A stretch of 64,000 nucleotides of DNA from an uncultured Gammaproteobacteria bacterium. Its GTDB lineage: Bacteria; Patescibacteriota; Patescibacteriia; 2-12-FULL-60-25. The notes beneath the pieces were generated by a model. It ran no database searches. It was not told the DNA's origin and was given only the letters and a program-made list of their open reading frames with translations. The stretch lies in NCBI GenBank assembly GCA_964415465.1, contig CAYQAL010000001.1, positions 66,749 through 130,748 of the forward strand. The letters run 5' to 3'. Below are positions 34,916-43,259 of the stretch, one piece after another. A program made the position numbers and the translations under genes. Each line of letters begins with the position of its first letter. The stretch's first letter is position 1.

Positions 34916-35286
34916 ACTTCAAACAGGTCCTTCATGCCTATGGAAAAGGTTGGTTGTGGCACGGCTCACAAGCGTTTGCTGTTCTGTTGTTGATCTTGGT
35001 ATTGCTTGAACGTTTTGTTCCGGGAGCGGTCCTGGGACATGGTCCGCTTTTTTTGGCAGTGCCGCTTCTTGTATTGTGTCTCACCGTTCACCCCGTAGCC
35101 GAAACTCCTGCGCGCCCGTGGCTGTTAGTTGATCTCTGGGCGATCGTCGCGCTCTGTCTTGGGAGAATTGGGCTGGAACTTCTGAATGGGAATGCGCTCG
35201 CTTGGCTCTTAGCGGGCTTTGCTTCGCTCCTGGTTGTCGCGTTTTTGTGCATCTTCTCTCGTTCGTCGGTTGACGCTCTCTCATGA
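34912..35286 (+). CDS. small multi-pass membrane protein
   Basis: 4-nt overlap with the upstream gene; 3-4 hydrophobic helices. Confidence 0.5.
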   Translation: MNFKQVLHAYGKGWLWHGSQAFAVLLLILVLLERFVPGAVLGHGPLFLAVPLLVLCLTVHPVAETPARPWLLVDLWAIVALCLGRIGLELLNGNALAWLLAGFASLLVVAFLCIFSRSSVDALS

Positions 35287-35307
35287 GACGCGTTACGTTT
35301 TCAGTCT

Positions 35308-35724
35308 ATGAGTGACTCTTGCTTGTTTTGTCGCATTGTCGATGGATCGATCCCATCAACGCGTGTCTACGAAGACGAAGCGGTCGTTGCATTTCTTGAC
35401 CTCCATCCAACCACGACGGGGCATACGCTTGTGATTCCACGCAAGCACTCTGCTGCGATTCTCGACACGGATCCAGCTGTGCTTCAGGTGCTTCTTCCGT
35501 CTATTCAACGTGTCGCACGCGGCATCTGTAAAGCGCTTCAAGTGGACGGCTTTAATGTGCATCAAAATAACGGCAGTGTAGCCGGTCAGGTGATCCCACA
35601 TCTTCACTTTCATATCATCCCTCGACGCCCCGACGACGGACTCCACCCTTGGCCAGACATGACGAATCCACCAGACGATCGTGAAGCGCTGGCTCAGCGA
35701 ATCGCTGAAGCCATTCAGTCCTAG
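35308..35724 (+). CDS. HIT-family (histidine triad) protein
   Basis: CLFCRI and HLHFHIIPR motifs. Confidence 0.9.
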   Translation: MSDSCLFCRIVDGSIPSTRVYEDEAVVAFLDLHPTTTGHTLVIPRKHSAAILDTDPAVLQVLLPSIQRVARGICKALQVDGFNVHQNNGSVAGQVIPHLHFHIIPRRPDDGLHPWPDMTNPPDDREALAQRIAEAIQS

Positions 35725-37034
35725 ATTCCAGGTAAGCGGAAGATGCCTTGCTGATCCCCCCGTTTCCCAACCGCGAAAATCGTGGTTCCTTGCACGGCCA
35801 CATCCCAGACCTCATCGAACACGCCAAGCTGGACCGGGCGTGGATCTTGGCCGTTATCTAGCGGGAGTGCGAACACGCTTTGAGCGTCTGCGACATATAA
35901 AACGCCTCCGTCATCATTCCAAACCGCATTCCGAATAGGCGTGCTTTGGCGCCAAACCACCGTTTCCGGTGTTTCTGGATTCCAGAGGCGAATTTCATGC
36001 TCATTCACAAAGGCGGCACGAGGATTGTCCGTATCAGGACTCCAGCGTGGATAATCACCCTCTGCCCGCATGGCGGTAGGGAGAACGCCAAGACGTAGCC
36101 GAATCCCGAGCCAGTGTATTCCATCTGACAAGAAGAGGTATGGGCGATGCCAATCATGAATCGACCAACGTCCATTCGGTAAAGAGAACAACCGTCCTAA
36201 AAATGAACTATCGGCTAAGAGTAATTGGTTGCTCGATGTTGTGACCCGTAATTCAATCGATCCACTCCGTTCTTCGATTCCAGTTGGAAGCGTTGTCCGT
36301 TCAATTTGTGCCCTCGCTACGTCCACGCTGAGCTGGCTTCGTCCTTGGAAGCCAATCAATTCATTTCCAGACCAGTGGTAGGTGCCGTTTGGGAGCGCTT
36401 CGACGGTTGTTCTAGCTCTTGCTGCCTGTACATACCAACTGCTCGGCATATCGCGTGTTCCCCCAATGAGAACTGCTTCTCCATCTGTTCGCCAGCGAAG
36501 CGGAGCGGAGGCATGTTCTCTGGGAAGGGGAATGGTGTTTGCTTGCTGTGTGGCGCTCCACCAGCCAACGCTTGTGCTGCTTGCCGTGGACTGGAAAGCG
36601 AGCAATCGTTCGCGTGTTGGGTCGCTTGCAAGTCGAACGTACGGCCCAGCCGAAATAAGCGTTGGTTCACCTTGACGCCAAAGGCGAATATGGTCTGTAA
36701 ACGCTACGCGCTCTGCTCGAACCAGAATCTCTTGTCGCCAGGTGCCATAGCCAGGTTTACTGACCTGTACGGAGTGCCAACCGGGAGGTATCTGTTGAAA
36801 CGTCACAGGCGTTTTTTCGCCCGTGTCTCGACCATCGATAAACACGACCCCTCCATTCGGGGTTGAATCGACGATAAGTGTCCCATTGCGCTCAACAGCT
36901 CCTTTCTTGAAGTTGTACCGGTAGCCCGATGTGTAAAAGACGAGCAAAGGCGCCGTTATACAGAAAATCGCGACGTACACCCAAGGAAGGATCCGTCGGA
37001 TGAGAGGCGCTCGGTAGGAATGTGTGCTCGACAT
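35721..37034 (-). CDS. PEGA-domain protein with a beta-propeller-like C-terminal region
   Basis: TM helix, then the PEGA pattern (VDSTPNGGVVFIDGRDTGEKTPVTF...GWHSVQVSKPGY). Start trimmed to the MSSTHSY methionine. Confidence 0.65.
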   Translation of the reverse strand: MSSTHSYRAPLIRRILPWVYVAIFCITAPLLVFYTSGYRYNFKKGAVERNGTLIVDSTPNGGVVFIDGRDTGEKTPVTFQQIPPGWHSVQVSKPGYGTWRQEILVRAERVAFTDHIRLWRQGEPTLISAGPYVRLASDPTRERLLAFQSTASSTSVGWWSATQQANTIPLPREHASAPLRWRTDGEAVLIGGTRDMPSSWYVQAARARTTVEALPNGTYHWSGNELIGFQGRSQLSVDVARAQIERTTLPTGIEERSGSIELRVTTSSNQLLLADSSFLGRLFSLPNGRWSIHDWHRPYLFLSDGIHWLGIRLRLGVLPTAMRAEGDYPRWSPDTDNPRAAFVNEHEIRLWNPETPETVVWRQSTPIRNAVWNDDGGVLYVADAQSVFALPLDNGQDPRPVQLGVFDEVWDVAVQGTTIFAVGKRGDQQGIFRLPGI

Positions 37035-37130
37035 GGTCTGCGCTAAACGATACACTCTTCTCGTTTCGGCCGACAAGCGACACACCGTCTCTTTCAGTAT
37101 TTATTCGCTTATTCTTGCTTTACTTCAGGT

Positions 37131-38402
37131 ATGGATCTGATCATTCAGGGAGGTCAAAAATTACAGGGAAACATTGCAGTCAATGGATCAAAGAACGCGG
37201 CCGGCCCCTTGATTGCGGCCTCTGTGCTCGTAAAAGGCAAGACGCGTTTTAGCAATGTCCCTCGCTTGACGGACGTCTTGAAGCTCCTAGAAATCCTCGA
37301 AGGCATGGGTGCGCGCATTGAATGGACGGGAGAGCATGATCTCGTCATCGATACCAAAGACTTGGATTCTTCCAAGCTCGATCGTAAGCGCATGAAGAGC
37401 ATGCGTTATTCGATTTTGCTCCTTGGTCCGATGCTCGCTCGCTTCCGCAAAGTGGTCGTTCCAGAACCAGGGGGCTGTAATATTGGCAATCGCCCAATCG
37501 AAACGCACTTGTTTGCGTTGACGTCGCTTGGCGCAACCAGCGAGCGCGATGCCGACGGTACCTTGTATCTTGAGGCTGAGAAATTGAAGGGTTCGTATGT
37601 CATCTTACCTGAGTTCAGTGTGACGGCGACGGAAACGTTGATCATGGCAGCAGCGGTGGCGAGTGGTACGACGTCGATTCGCTTGGCGGCAGCCGAACCA
37701 CACGTCACGGAGCTCTGTGAGTTCTTAAACCTGTGTGGCGCGAAGATTAAGGGCCAAGGAACGCACGATCTTGAAATTACTGGCGTCAAAGCCTTGCATG
37801 CGCCAAAGACGGTCTGGCCGGTCATGCCTGACATGATCGAAATGGGGACATTCGCAGCGGCAGCAGCGGTTACACGCGGAACGCTCGATATCGGCCCCGT
37901 TATCCCATCCCACTTGGATGCGACACGTTCTTTGCTTCGTCGCATTGGTGTCAAAGAAGAGATCAAAAAAGATCGCTGGCATGTGCAAGGCGTGGCTCAA
38001 ATGAAAGCATTCAAATTGCAGGCGATGATTTTTCCAGGCTTCCCAACCGACTTGCAGGCGTTATTTGGGTTGCTCGCAACTCAGTGTCATGGAACGAGCT
38101 TGATTCAAGAGCCGCTCTACGAGTCGCGTCTCGGGTATTTAAACGAATTAGCCAAAATGGGGGCGAATGTCGTGATCGCTGATCCGCATCGTGCGGTCGT
38201 GAGTGGTCCAACGCCACTGTATGGCACAGAAATCCGCAGCCTCGACTTGCGTGCGGGTGCAACGATGATTCTCGCTGGCCTCATTGCGGAAGGTGAAACC
38301 ATTATTCACGACGCTGAAATTATTGCTCGTGGCTATGAACATCTCGATGAACGGTTGCGCGGCGTCGGGGCGCAGATTCTCTCAGGCGCCGACCGGGTGT
38401 AA
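37131..38402 (+). CDS. murA: UDP-N-acetylglucosamine 1-carboxyvinyltransferase
   Basis: Full-length 423 aa; N-terminal GG.KL.G.I.VNGSKNAA pattern and EPSP-synthase-like repeats. Confidence 0.95.
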   Translation: MDLIIQGGQKLQGNIAVNGSKNAAGPLIAASVLVKGKTRFSNVPRLTDVLKLLEILEGMGARIEWTGEHDLVIDTKDLDSSKLDRKRMKSMRYSILLLGPMLARFRKVVVPEPGGCNIGNRPIETHLFALTSLGATSERDADGTLYLEAEKLKGSYVILPEFSVTATETLIMAAAVASGTTSIRLAAAEPHVTELCEFLNLCGAKIKGQGTHDLEITGVKALHAPKTVWPVMPDMIEMGTFAAAAAVTRGTLDIGPVIPSHLDATRSLLRRIGVKEEIKKDRWHVQGVAQMKAFKLQAMIFPGFPTDLQALFGLLATQCHGTSLIQEPLYESRLGYLNELAKMGANVVIADPHRAVVSGPTPLYGTEIRSLDLRAGATMILAGLIAEGETIIHDAEIIARGYEHLDERLRGVGAQILSGADRV

Positions 38403-38414
38403 GATCTGTGGCGT

Positions 38415-39716
38415 ATGACTGATCCTTCGTCTCCTTCTCGCGCGTCGCGTATTATCGCAACCCTTGTCCTCATTGGGCTAGGTTTTGTGGTTGGCCGCTA
38501 TTCTCATGGAACTGCAGCGAACGGGACGATTTTCCCGTGGAGAAATGCGAGTTCAACGGTTACGGTTCAGGGGGTGGGTCAGGCGATGCCGCGTGATCTT
38601 GCATCGGATGACATCGAGTTCCGTCGCTTCTGGGAGCTCTGGCGTTTGTTGAAACAAAAGTATTATCGTCAGCCGCTCACGGATGAAGCGCTCTTTTACG
38701 GAGCGATGGAAGGGCTCGCGAACGGAGCTGACGATCCTTACACGAGTTATTTTCCACCGTCTGAAGCCAAAGACTTTGAATCATCACTTCAGGGCGAGTT
38801 TCAGGGGATTGGTGCGGAGATTGGTTTAAAGGATGACCAGATTCAAATCATTGCACCGCTTCCAGATACCCCAGCTGAAAAAGCCGGGTTATTGGCGGGG
38901 GACTTGATTCTCAAAATCGACGACAAAGATACGACCGGAATGACGACAGAAGAGGCGGTAAAACTCATTCGGGGAGAGCGTGGAACAACCGTTACTTTGA
39001 ATGTCTATCGTGAAAGCCAGCGGAAGGGCCCCTTTGACGTTTCTATCCAGCGTGACATAATCCAAATCAAGAGCGTCAATTGGAGGATGGCGCCTGGATC
39101 AAAGCGAATTGCGATCATTGAGATCAGTAATTTTAGCCAAGATACCACTATTGCGTTCCGTGATGCCGTCCGCGAGATCTTAAAAAAAGATCCTCAGGGC
39201 CTCATCTTGGATCTCCGAAATAACCCGGGCGGCTATTTAACCGGAGCGGTTGATATTGCTGCTGAATGGGTTGGAAAAGAGGTGGTTGTGAAGGAGCAGC
39301 GTCAAGGCAGAATCATTGAAGAGTTGCGTGGAGAGGTATCGGCTCGCTTAGACCAGATCCCAACCATCGTGCTGGTGAACCAAGGTTCGGCCAGTGCCTC
39401 TGAGATTGTGGCTGGTGCGTTGCAAGATACGGGGAAAGCGCGACTCCTTGGGATGAAGACGTTCGGAAAAGGGTCGGTGCAGGAGTATGAGCCATTGTCA
39501 GATGGATCCGCGGTCAAGATTACGGTTGCTGAATGGGTGACGCCGCGTGGTCGAACGATTCAATCAGTTGGACTAGAACCAGATGTGTCCGTTGATCGGA
39601 CCGCCGAAGATTATGAAGCCAAACGCGACCCACAACTCGACCGAGCCTTGGAGCTTCTTACCAACCCGTCGAGTGCCACGACGAGCCTCCGGGTCCCAAC
39701 CACGACGGCCAGGTAA
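38415..39716 (+). CDS. carboxy-terminal processing protease (S41) with a PDZ domain
   Basis: PDZ segment GLLAGDLILKIDD, S41 segment NQGSASASEIVAGALQD, and a TM anchor. Confidence 0.9.
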   Translation: MTDPSSPSRASRIIATLVLIGLGFVVGRYSHGTAANGTIFPWRNASSTVTVQGVGQAMPRDLASDDIEFRRFWELWRLLKQKYYRQPLTDEALFYGAMEGLANGADDPYTSYFPPSEAKDFESSLQGEFQGIGAEIGLKDDQIQIIAPLPDTPAEKAGLLAGDLILKIDDKDTTGMTTEEAVKLIRGERGTTVTLNVYRESQRKGPFDVSIQRDIIQIKSVNWRMAPGSKRIAIIEISNFSQDTTIAFRDAVREILKKDPQGLILDLRNNPGGYLTGAVDIAAEWVGKEVVVKEQRQGRIIEELRGEVSARLDQIPTIVLVNQGSASASEIVAGALQDTGKARLLGMKTFGKGSVQEYEPLSDGSAVKITVAEWVTPRGRTIQSVGLEPDVSVDRTAEDYEAKRDPQLDRALELLTNPSSATTSLRVPTTTAR

Positions 39717-40191
39717 CGAGGCAAACCTTCCCTTCCAAGCCGTAACATCGGCGGGTGGGATTATTTATCGTCGTCGTGAAGGCAGGGTTGAGATGTTCTT
39801 TGTAAAGAATGCAACTGGACGCTGGACGTTTCCAAAAGGAAAGCAGCAGGCTCCGGAATCACTGGTTGAGGCGGCGATTCGTGAAATTCAAGAAGAAACA
39901 GGGCTGACAGGTCTTCGCCATATCGGTCCCATTGGGAGTACGATGTTTCGTTTCCGGCAGGAGGGAACATTGATTCGTAAAACGGTGCATTACTTTTTGT
40001 TCGAGGCGCCACCTGATGCCAAAGAGCAGATGACAGGGTTGGAGGGTGGAATGTGGGAGGCAGCCTGGGTGCCGCTTGAACGGGTGTTTGACGTGAGTAG
40101 TTATCGAAATTTGGATCGATTGTTGGCGCGGGCGCTGCGTATGATCGGTCAACAAGCGACCTCTCCCTCGTTGTCCACATCAAATTCCTGA
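39673..40191 (+). CDS. NUDIX hydrolase (start uncertain)
   Basis: Nudix box GKQQAPESLVEAAIREIQEETG. Candidate starts are ATG 39613, GTG 39673 and ATG 39793; the last would remove the first beta strand. Confidence 0.7.
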   Translation: MPRRASGSQPRRPGNEANLPFQAVTSAGGIIYRRREGRVEMFFVKNATGRWTFPKGKQQAPESLVEAAIREIQEETGLTGLRHIGPIGSTMFRFRQEGTLIRKTVHYFLFEAPPDAKEQMTGLEGGMWEAAWVPLERVFDVSSYRNLDRLLARALRMIGQQATSPSLSTSNS

Positions 40192-40257
40192 AACGTAAGC
40201 CAAAAACAATCAGTGTTCATCTAGACGGCAAACGTCAGAACGCATACCATTCAAGAT

Positions 40258-41979
40258 ATGCGTTCTTCGTTTTTTGTCCCTTTATCGATTATTGGAATTG
40301 CCAGCTGTCTTGTCGTGTCTGTGCATACAGCGCGAGCACAACAGCTCGTAGGAAATCAGGTTTCTATTCTCGCGACGCAGACTCCTGTCACGACGGTCGC
40401 TGATCTGGTTGAGACGACCTCTGCTCCTAAGTTTTTCCAGATGGCTGACGGTCGGTGGTATGACCCGCGAACAGGGTATACTGCGGTGAGTGAGCAGGCG
40501 CTTCGCGATCTGATTAACCCGCCTCCAACCCCTCCGGTCGTGGCGGAGCCAGTTCAGCCAACGCTTCCACCTGCACCAACGTTTTTCCAAATGGCTGACG
40601 GTCGGTGGTATGAGCCGCGTTCAGGGCTAACGGCCGCAAGTGAACAAGCCTTACGTGATTTGATCAATCCACCAACTACGCCACGCACGCCAACCGCTCC
40701 GCTTGAGGAGTTTCCGCTCGTGCAAGCCATTCGACGTGGGCAGGCGATGTTGCGTGAAGGGATGGTCCCGTCCTCGGCTTTGCTTGCAGAGCGTCCCGAT
40801 TGGGCGCCGGTTCGTTTGGCTGTGTGGCGTTCAGCTACCAACCAGATCGATTTGATCGATATTGAAAAGCGGGGAGCAGAGGTTCGTGGAACAGATCCCC
40901 GCATCAATGAGGTGAATGTGTTGCTGTCTCGCCAGCTGCAGAGCCAGTATAAACTCGCCTCTGATACGGATGTGGTAGTCGCGATCCGCTATCCGCTCTA
41001 TCACGAAGTTCCTTCAGGAAAAAAAGTGAAATATGAACGCGAAGACGTTGTCTATTCGCCGTACTCGCCGATGCTCCACACCGACGAAATGGTTCGTTTC
41101 GGCCAAGCCTGGTTGGATCAAGAGTTTCAAAAAGTCGTAGACGATTTACGCGCTCGTGGCATTCGTTCTAAGTTTGACCCATCCAAGCCATTGGCGGACC
41201 TGCTTTCAACAGAGGTCGCTCGTGCCATTTTAATTATCGAACATGCTGGCGAGCTGTCGCTCGAGAGAGATCCGGCGTCTGTGTATGCGCAAATGCTGGT
41301 CACGGTTGCGGCGAATGCGACGACTTCTTACGTATATAGCGATTCGCATGTTGGCGCTCAAGGCTTTGCGCAATTCATGCCATCAACCTATAAGCTTGTA
41401 GCAAAAGATACCTCGCTTGGGTTGCCGCAGGATGTGGAAACGGGTACACGTAATTTTGAGACGGCTATTAAGGCGCAATTGGTCTACCTCGATCGATTAT
41501 GGGGCGTGATGCCAGAGGTTGCGAAGACACTGCTTACGACGGACCCAGATCGCGCCGCGGAATACGTTGTCGCTGCGTATAACGGAGGAGAGGGGCGTAT
41601 CCAGAAAGCAGCTGCTGTGTGGGGAGATGTCTGGGCAACGCCAGATCAATCGAAAGTCAAAGCAGCACAGACCGCCGTGAATAATGCGACCGTAGAAGTG
41701 AAGAAGGCAAAGAAGGCTGTTACGGCGGCGAAAACAACGAAGGCGAAGACGGATGCGAACGCGGCTCTCAAAAAGGCAAATACCAAGCTCGCAAATGCCA
41801 CAGCAGAGTTGAATCGCCTTCAGGCGGCAACGTTGCGCGAAGAGACAATCGGCTACGTGGCGAAGTTCAAAAACGCGTTGAAGGGAATTCGACTCGTGAA
41901 AGCCTCGCTCAACGGGCAGTCGGCACCCGCTGTAAATATCGCGAGTGTGAGCTCGTCCACTTCTACAACGGCTCAATAA
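40258..41979 (+). CDS. secreted lytic-transglycosylase-like (SLT) protein with N-terminal repeats and a Lys/Ala-rich tail
   Basis: Signal peptide, 2x FFQMADGRWY(D/E)PR repeat, SLT-like AQGFAQFMPSTY. Confidence 0.65.
   Translation: MRSSFFVPLSIIGIASCLVVSVHTARAQQLVGNQVSILATQTPVTTVADLVETTSAPKFFQMADGRWYDPRTGYTAVSEQALRDLINPPPTPPVVAEPVQPTLPPAPTFFQMADGRWYEPRSGLTAASEQALRDLINPPTTPRTPTAPLEEFPLVQAIRRGQAMLREGMVPSSALLAERPDWAPVRLAVWRSATNQIDLIDIEKRGAEVRGTDPRINEVNVLLSRQLQSQYKLASDTDVVVAIRYPLYHEVPSGKKVKYEREDVVYSPYSPMLHTDEMVRFGQAWLDQEFQKVVDDLRARGIRSKFDPSKPLADLLSTEVARAILIIEHAGELSLERDPASVYAQMLVTVAANATTSYVYSDSHVGAQGFAQFMPSTYKLVAKDTSLGLPQDVETGTRNFETAIKAQLVYLDRLWGVMPEVAKTLLTTDPDRAAEYVVAAYNGGEGRIQKAAAVWGDVWATPDQSKVKAAQTAVNNATVEVKKAKKAVTAAKTTKAKTDANAALKKANTKLANATAELNRLQAATLREETIGYVAKFKNALKGIRLVKASLNGQSAPAVNIASVSSSTSTTAQ
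40431..40675 (+). repeat. intragenic tandem repeat (2 copies, 150-bp period)
   Basis: TTTTTCCA(G/A)ATGGCTGACGGTCGGTGGTATGA(C/G)CCGCG... occurs twice, encoding FFQMADGRWY.PR.G.TA.SEQALRDLINPP. Confidence 0.8.
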
Positions 41980-42009
41980 AAAAACGCCTAGGAAACTAGG
42001 CGTTTTTTT
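41978..42009. terminator. bidirectional intrinsic terminator between convergent genes
   Basis: AAAAACGCCTAG-GAAA-CTAGGCGTTTTT. Confidence 0.7.
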
Positions 42010-43187
42010 AATTCTTCGATGACGTTCTTTTGAAGATCGGTGTGAGGGAACGTTCCTCGAATGGTGAATACGGCCGTCTCTCGTGTCCCTGTGGCTTGGA
42101 ATGGGCGAGCGAGTTCGATGGCGGAAAGTGGTGGGACGGTGTGCAAGCGCGCCTGCAGGCTGTCAGCGCGATGGTGGAAGATGGTCACCGCCTTGGCTTC
42201 TGGAGCGTAGCGAATCAGTTCTTCGACAACACCATCCGTGGCGTCGATGTCGGTTCCGGCTTCGAGCAGGTCGCTTTCGGTGAGCGAGGTCCAAACGAGG
42301 CCGCTCACTGGATCATGCTCAATGCGAGACAGGGCAGCACCCCACAAGCGAAGCGAAGCAACCGAGCGAATACGCCAAATGCCATACACGACTTCTTCGC
42401 GACGCCCGCCGAGCGCTACTAGCTTCGCTGCCCGTTCGAGTGTTTCTGGTTGGAGATTGGCGGTACGGAAGGCACGCGTCTTGGAGACGATACCGGCGAG
42501 CAAGCATGTCGCCACATCGGCTGTCAGACGGTCAGCGGCCCAGGTCTCAAGCCAGGCGTGCACGACTTCAGCGGCAGATGATTTACGCAGGTCGACGAGG
42601 TTGATTTGTCCCCAATATTCGTTGGTGGCGCTACTGTCGATATTGATGATGACAGCGCGTGACAAGAAATCTGTTTCGCGACGGCTGAGTTCACCCAGAG
42701 ACTGCTTATCTGCAGCACCAATCGCAACGACGACATCGTAGCGATCATCGGCGGCGATGAAGCGAGCATCTTCGCCTTTCCATGACCCTTCTTTTGGTAA
42801 TAATGTAATATCAAGCATTCCGTCGCGTACATCGTAGAGAAGCTCTTGGAGCGGAACGCTCGAAACGTCGAGTTTAAAATGGTAGGCACGGAGCGCGCCA
42901 ACCTGCGAGCGAATGGTGAGGTCTTTGATCGGAAGAAACTCAGGTGCTTCTGCAAAGCCAGGGATCACGAGATCAAACGGTCGACCCTCGGCTTTCAAGC
43001 AAAGCGCTAGTGCGCACGCACTCGCCACCTCATCGAGCGATGGGTGTTCACAAGTGGTAACCAGGATCTGACGCGATTGTTTGAGGAGTTCAACCGCTTG
43101 TGTTTCCATGGTGCGTGCCATGCGTTTTTTATCCGAAATTACACAAATCGGACGAGGTAGCTTACGAACCTTCAAGGCTTCAGTCAA
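41988..43187 (-). CDS. DHH/DHHA1-family (NrnA-like) protein with degenerate catalytic motifs
   Basis: Overall NrnA-like layout, but HPSLDEVAS replaces the DHH-type motif and GGRRE replaces GGGH. Start uncertain. Confidence 0.5.
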   Translation of the reverse strand: MTEALKVRKLPRPICVISDKKRMARTMETQAVELLKQSRQILVTTCEHPSLDEVASACALALCLKAEGRPFDLVIPGFAEAPEFLPIKDLTIRSQVGALRAYHFKLDVSSVPLQELLYDVRDGMLDITLLPKEGSWKGEDARFIAADDRYDVVVAIGAADKQSLGELSRRETDFLSRAVIINIDSSATNEYWGQINLVDLRKSSAAEVVHAWLETWAADRLTADVATCLLAGIVSKTRAFRTANLQPETLERAAKLVALGGRREEVVYGIWRIRSVASLRLWGAALSRIEHDPVSGLVWTSLTESDLLEAGTDIDATDGVVEELIRYAPEAKAVTIFHHRADSLQARLHTVPPLSAIELARPFQATGTRETAVFTIRGTFPHTDLQKNVIEELKKRLVS

Positions 43188-43242
43188 GCGAACGAACCAA
43201 GACTTGTAAAGGCGTTACCTAGCATTTTTTGACCAGCTTTCG

Positions 43243-43248
43243 TACACT
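43243..43248 (+). promoter_or_regulatory. -10-like TACACT 11 nt upstream of the valS ATG
   Basis: cgTACACTgacctctatctATG; no SD. Confidence 0.35.
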
Positions 43249-43259
43249 GACCTCTATCT

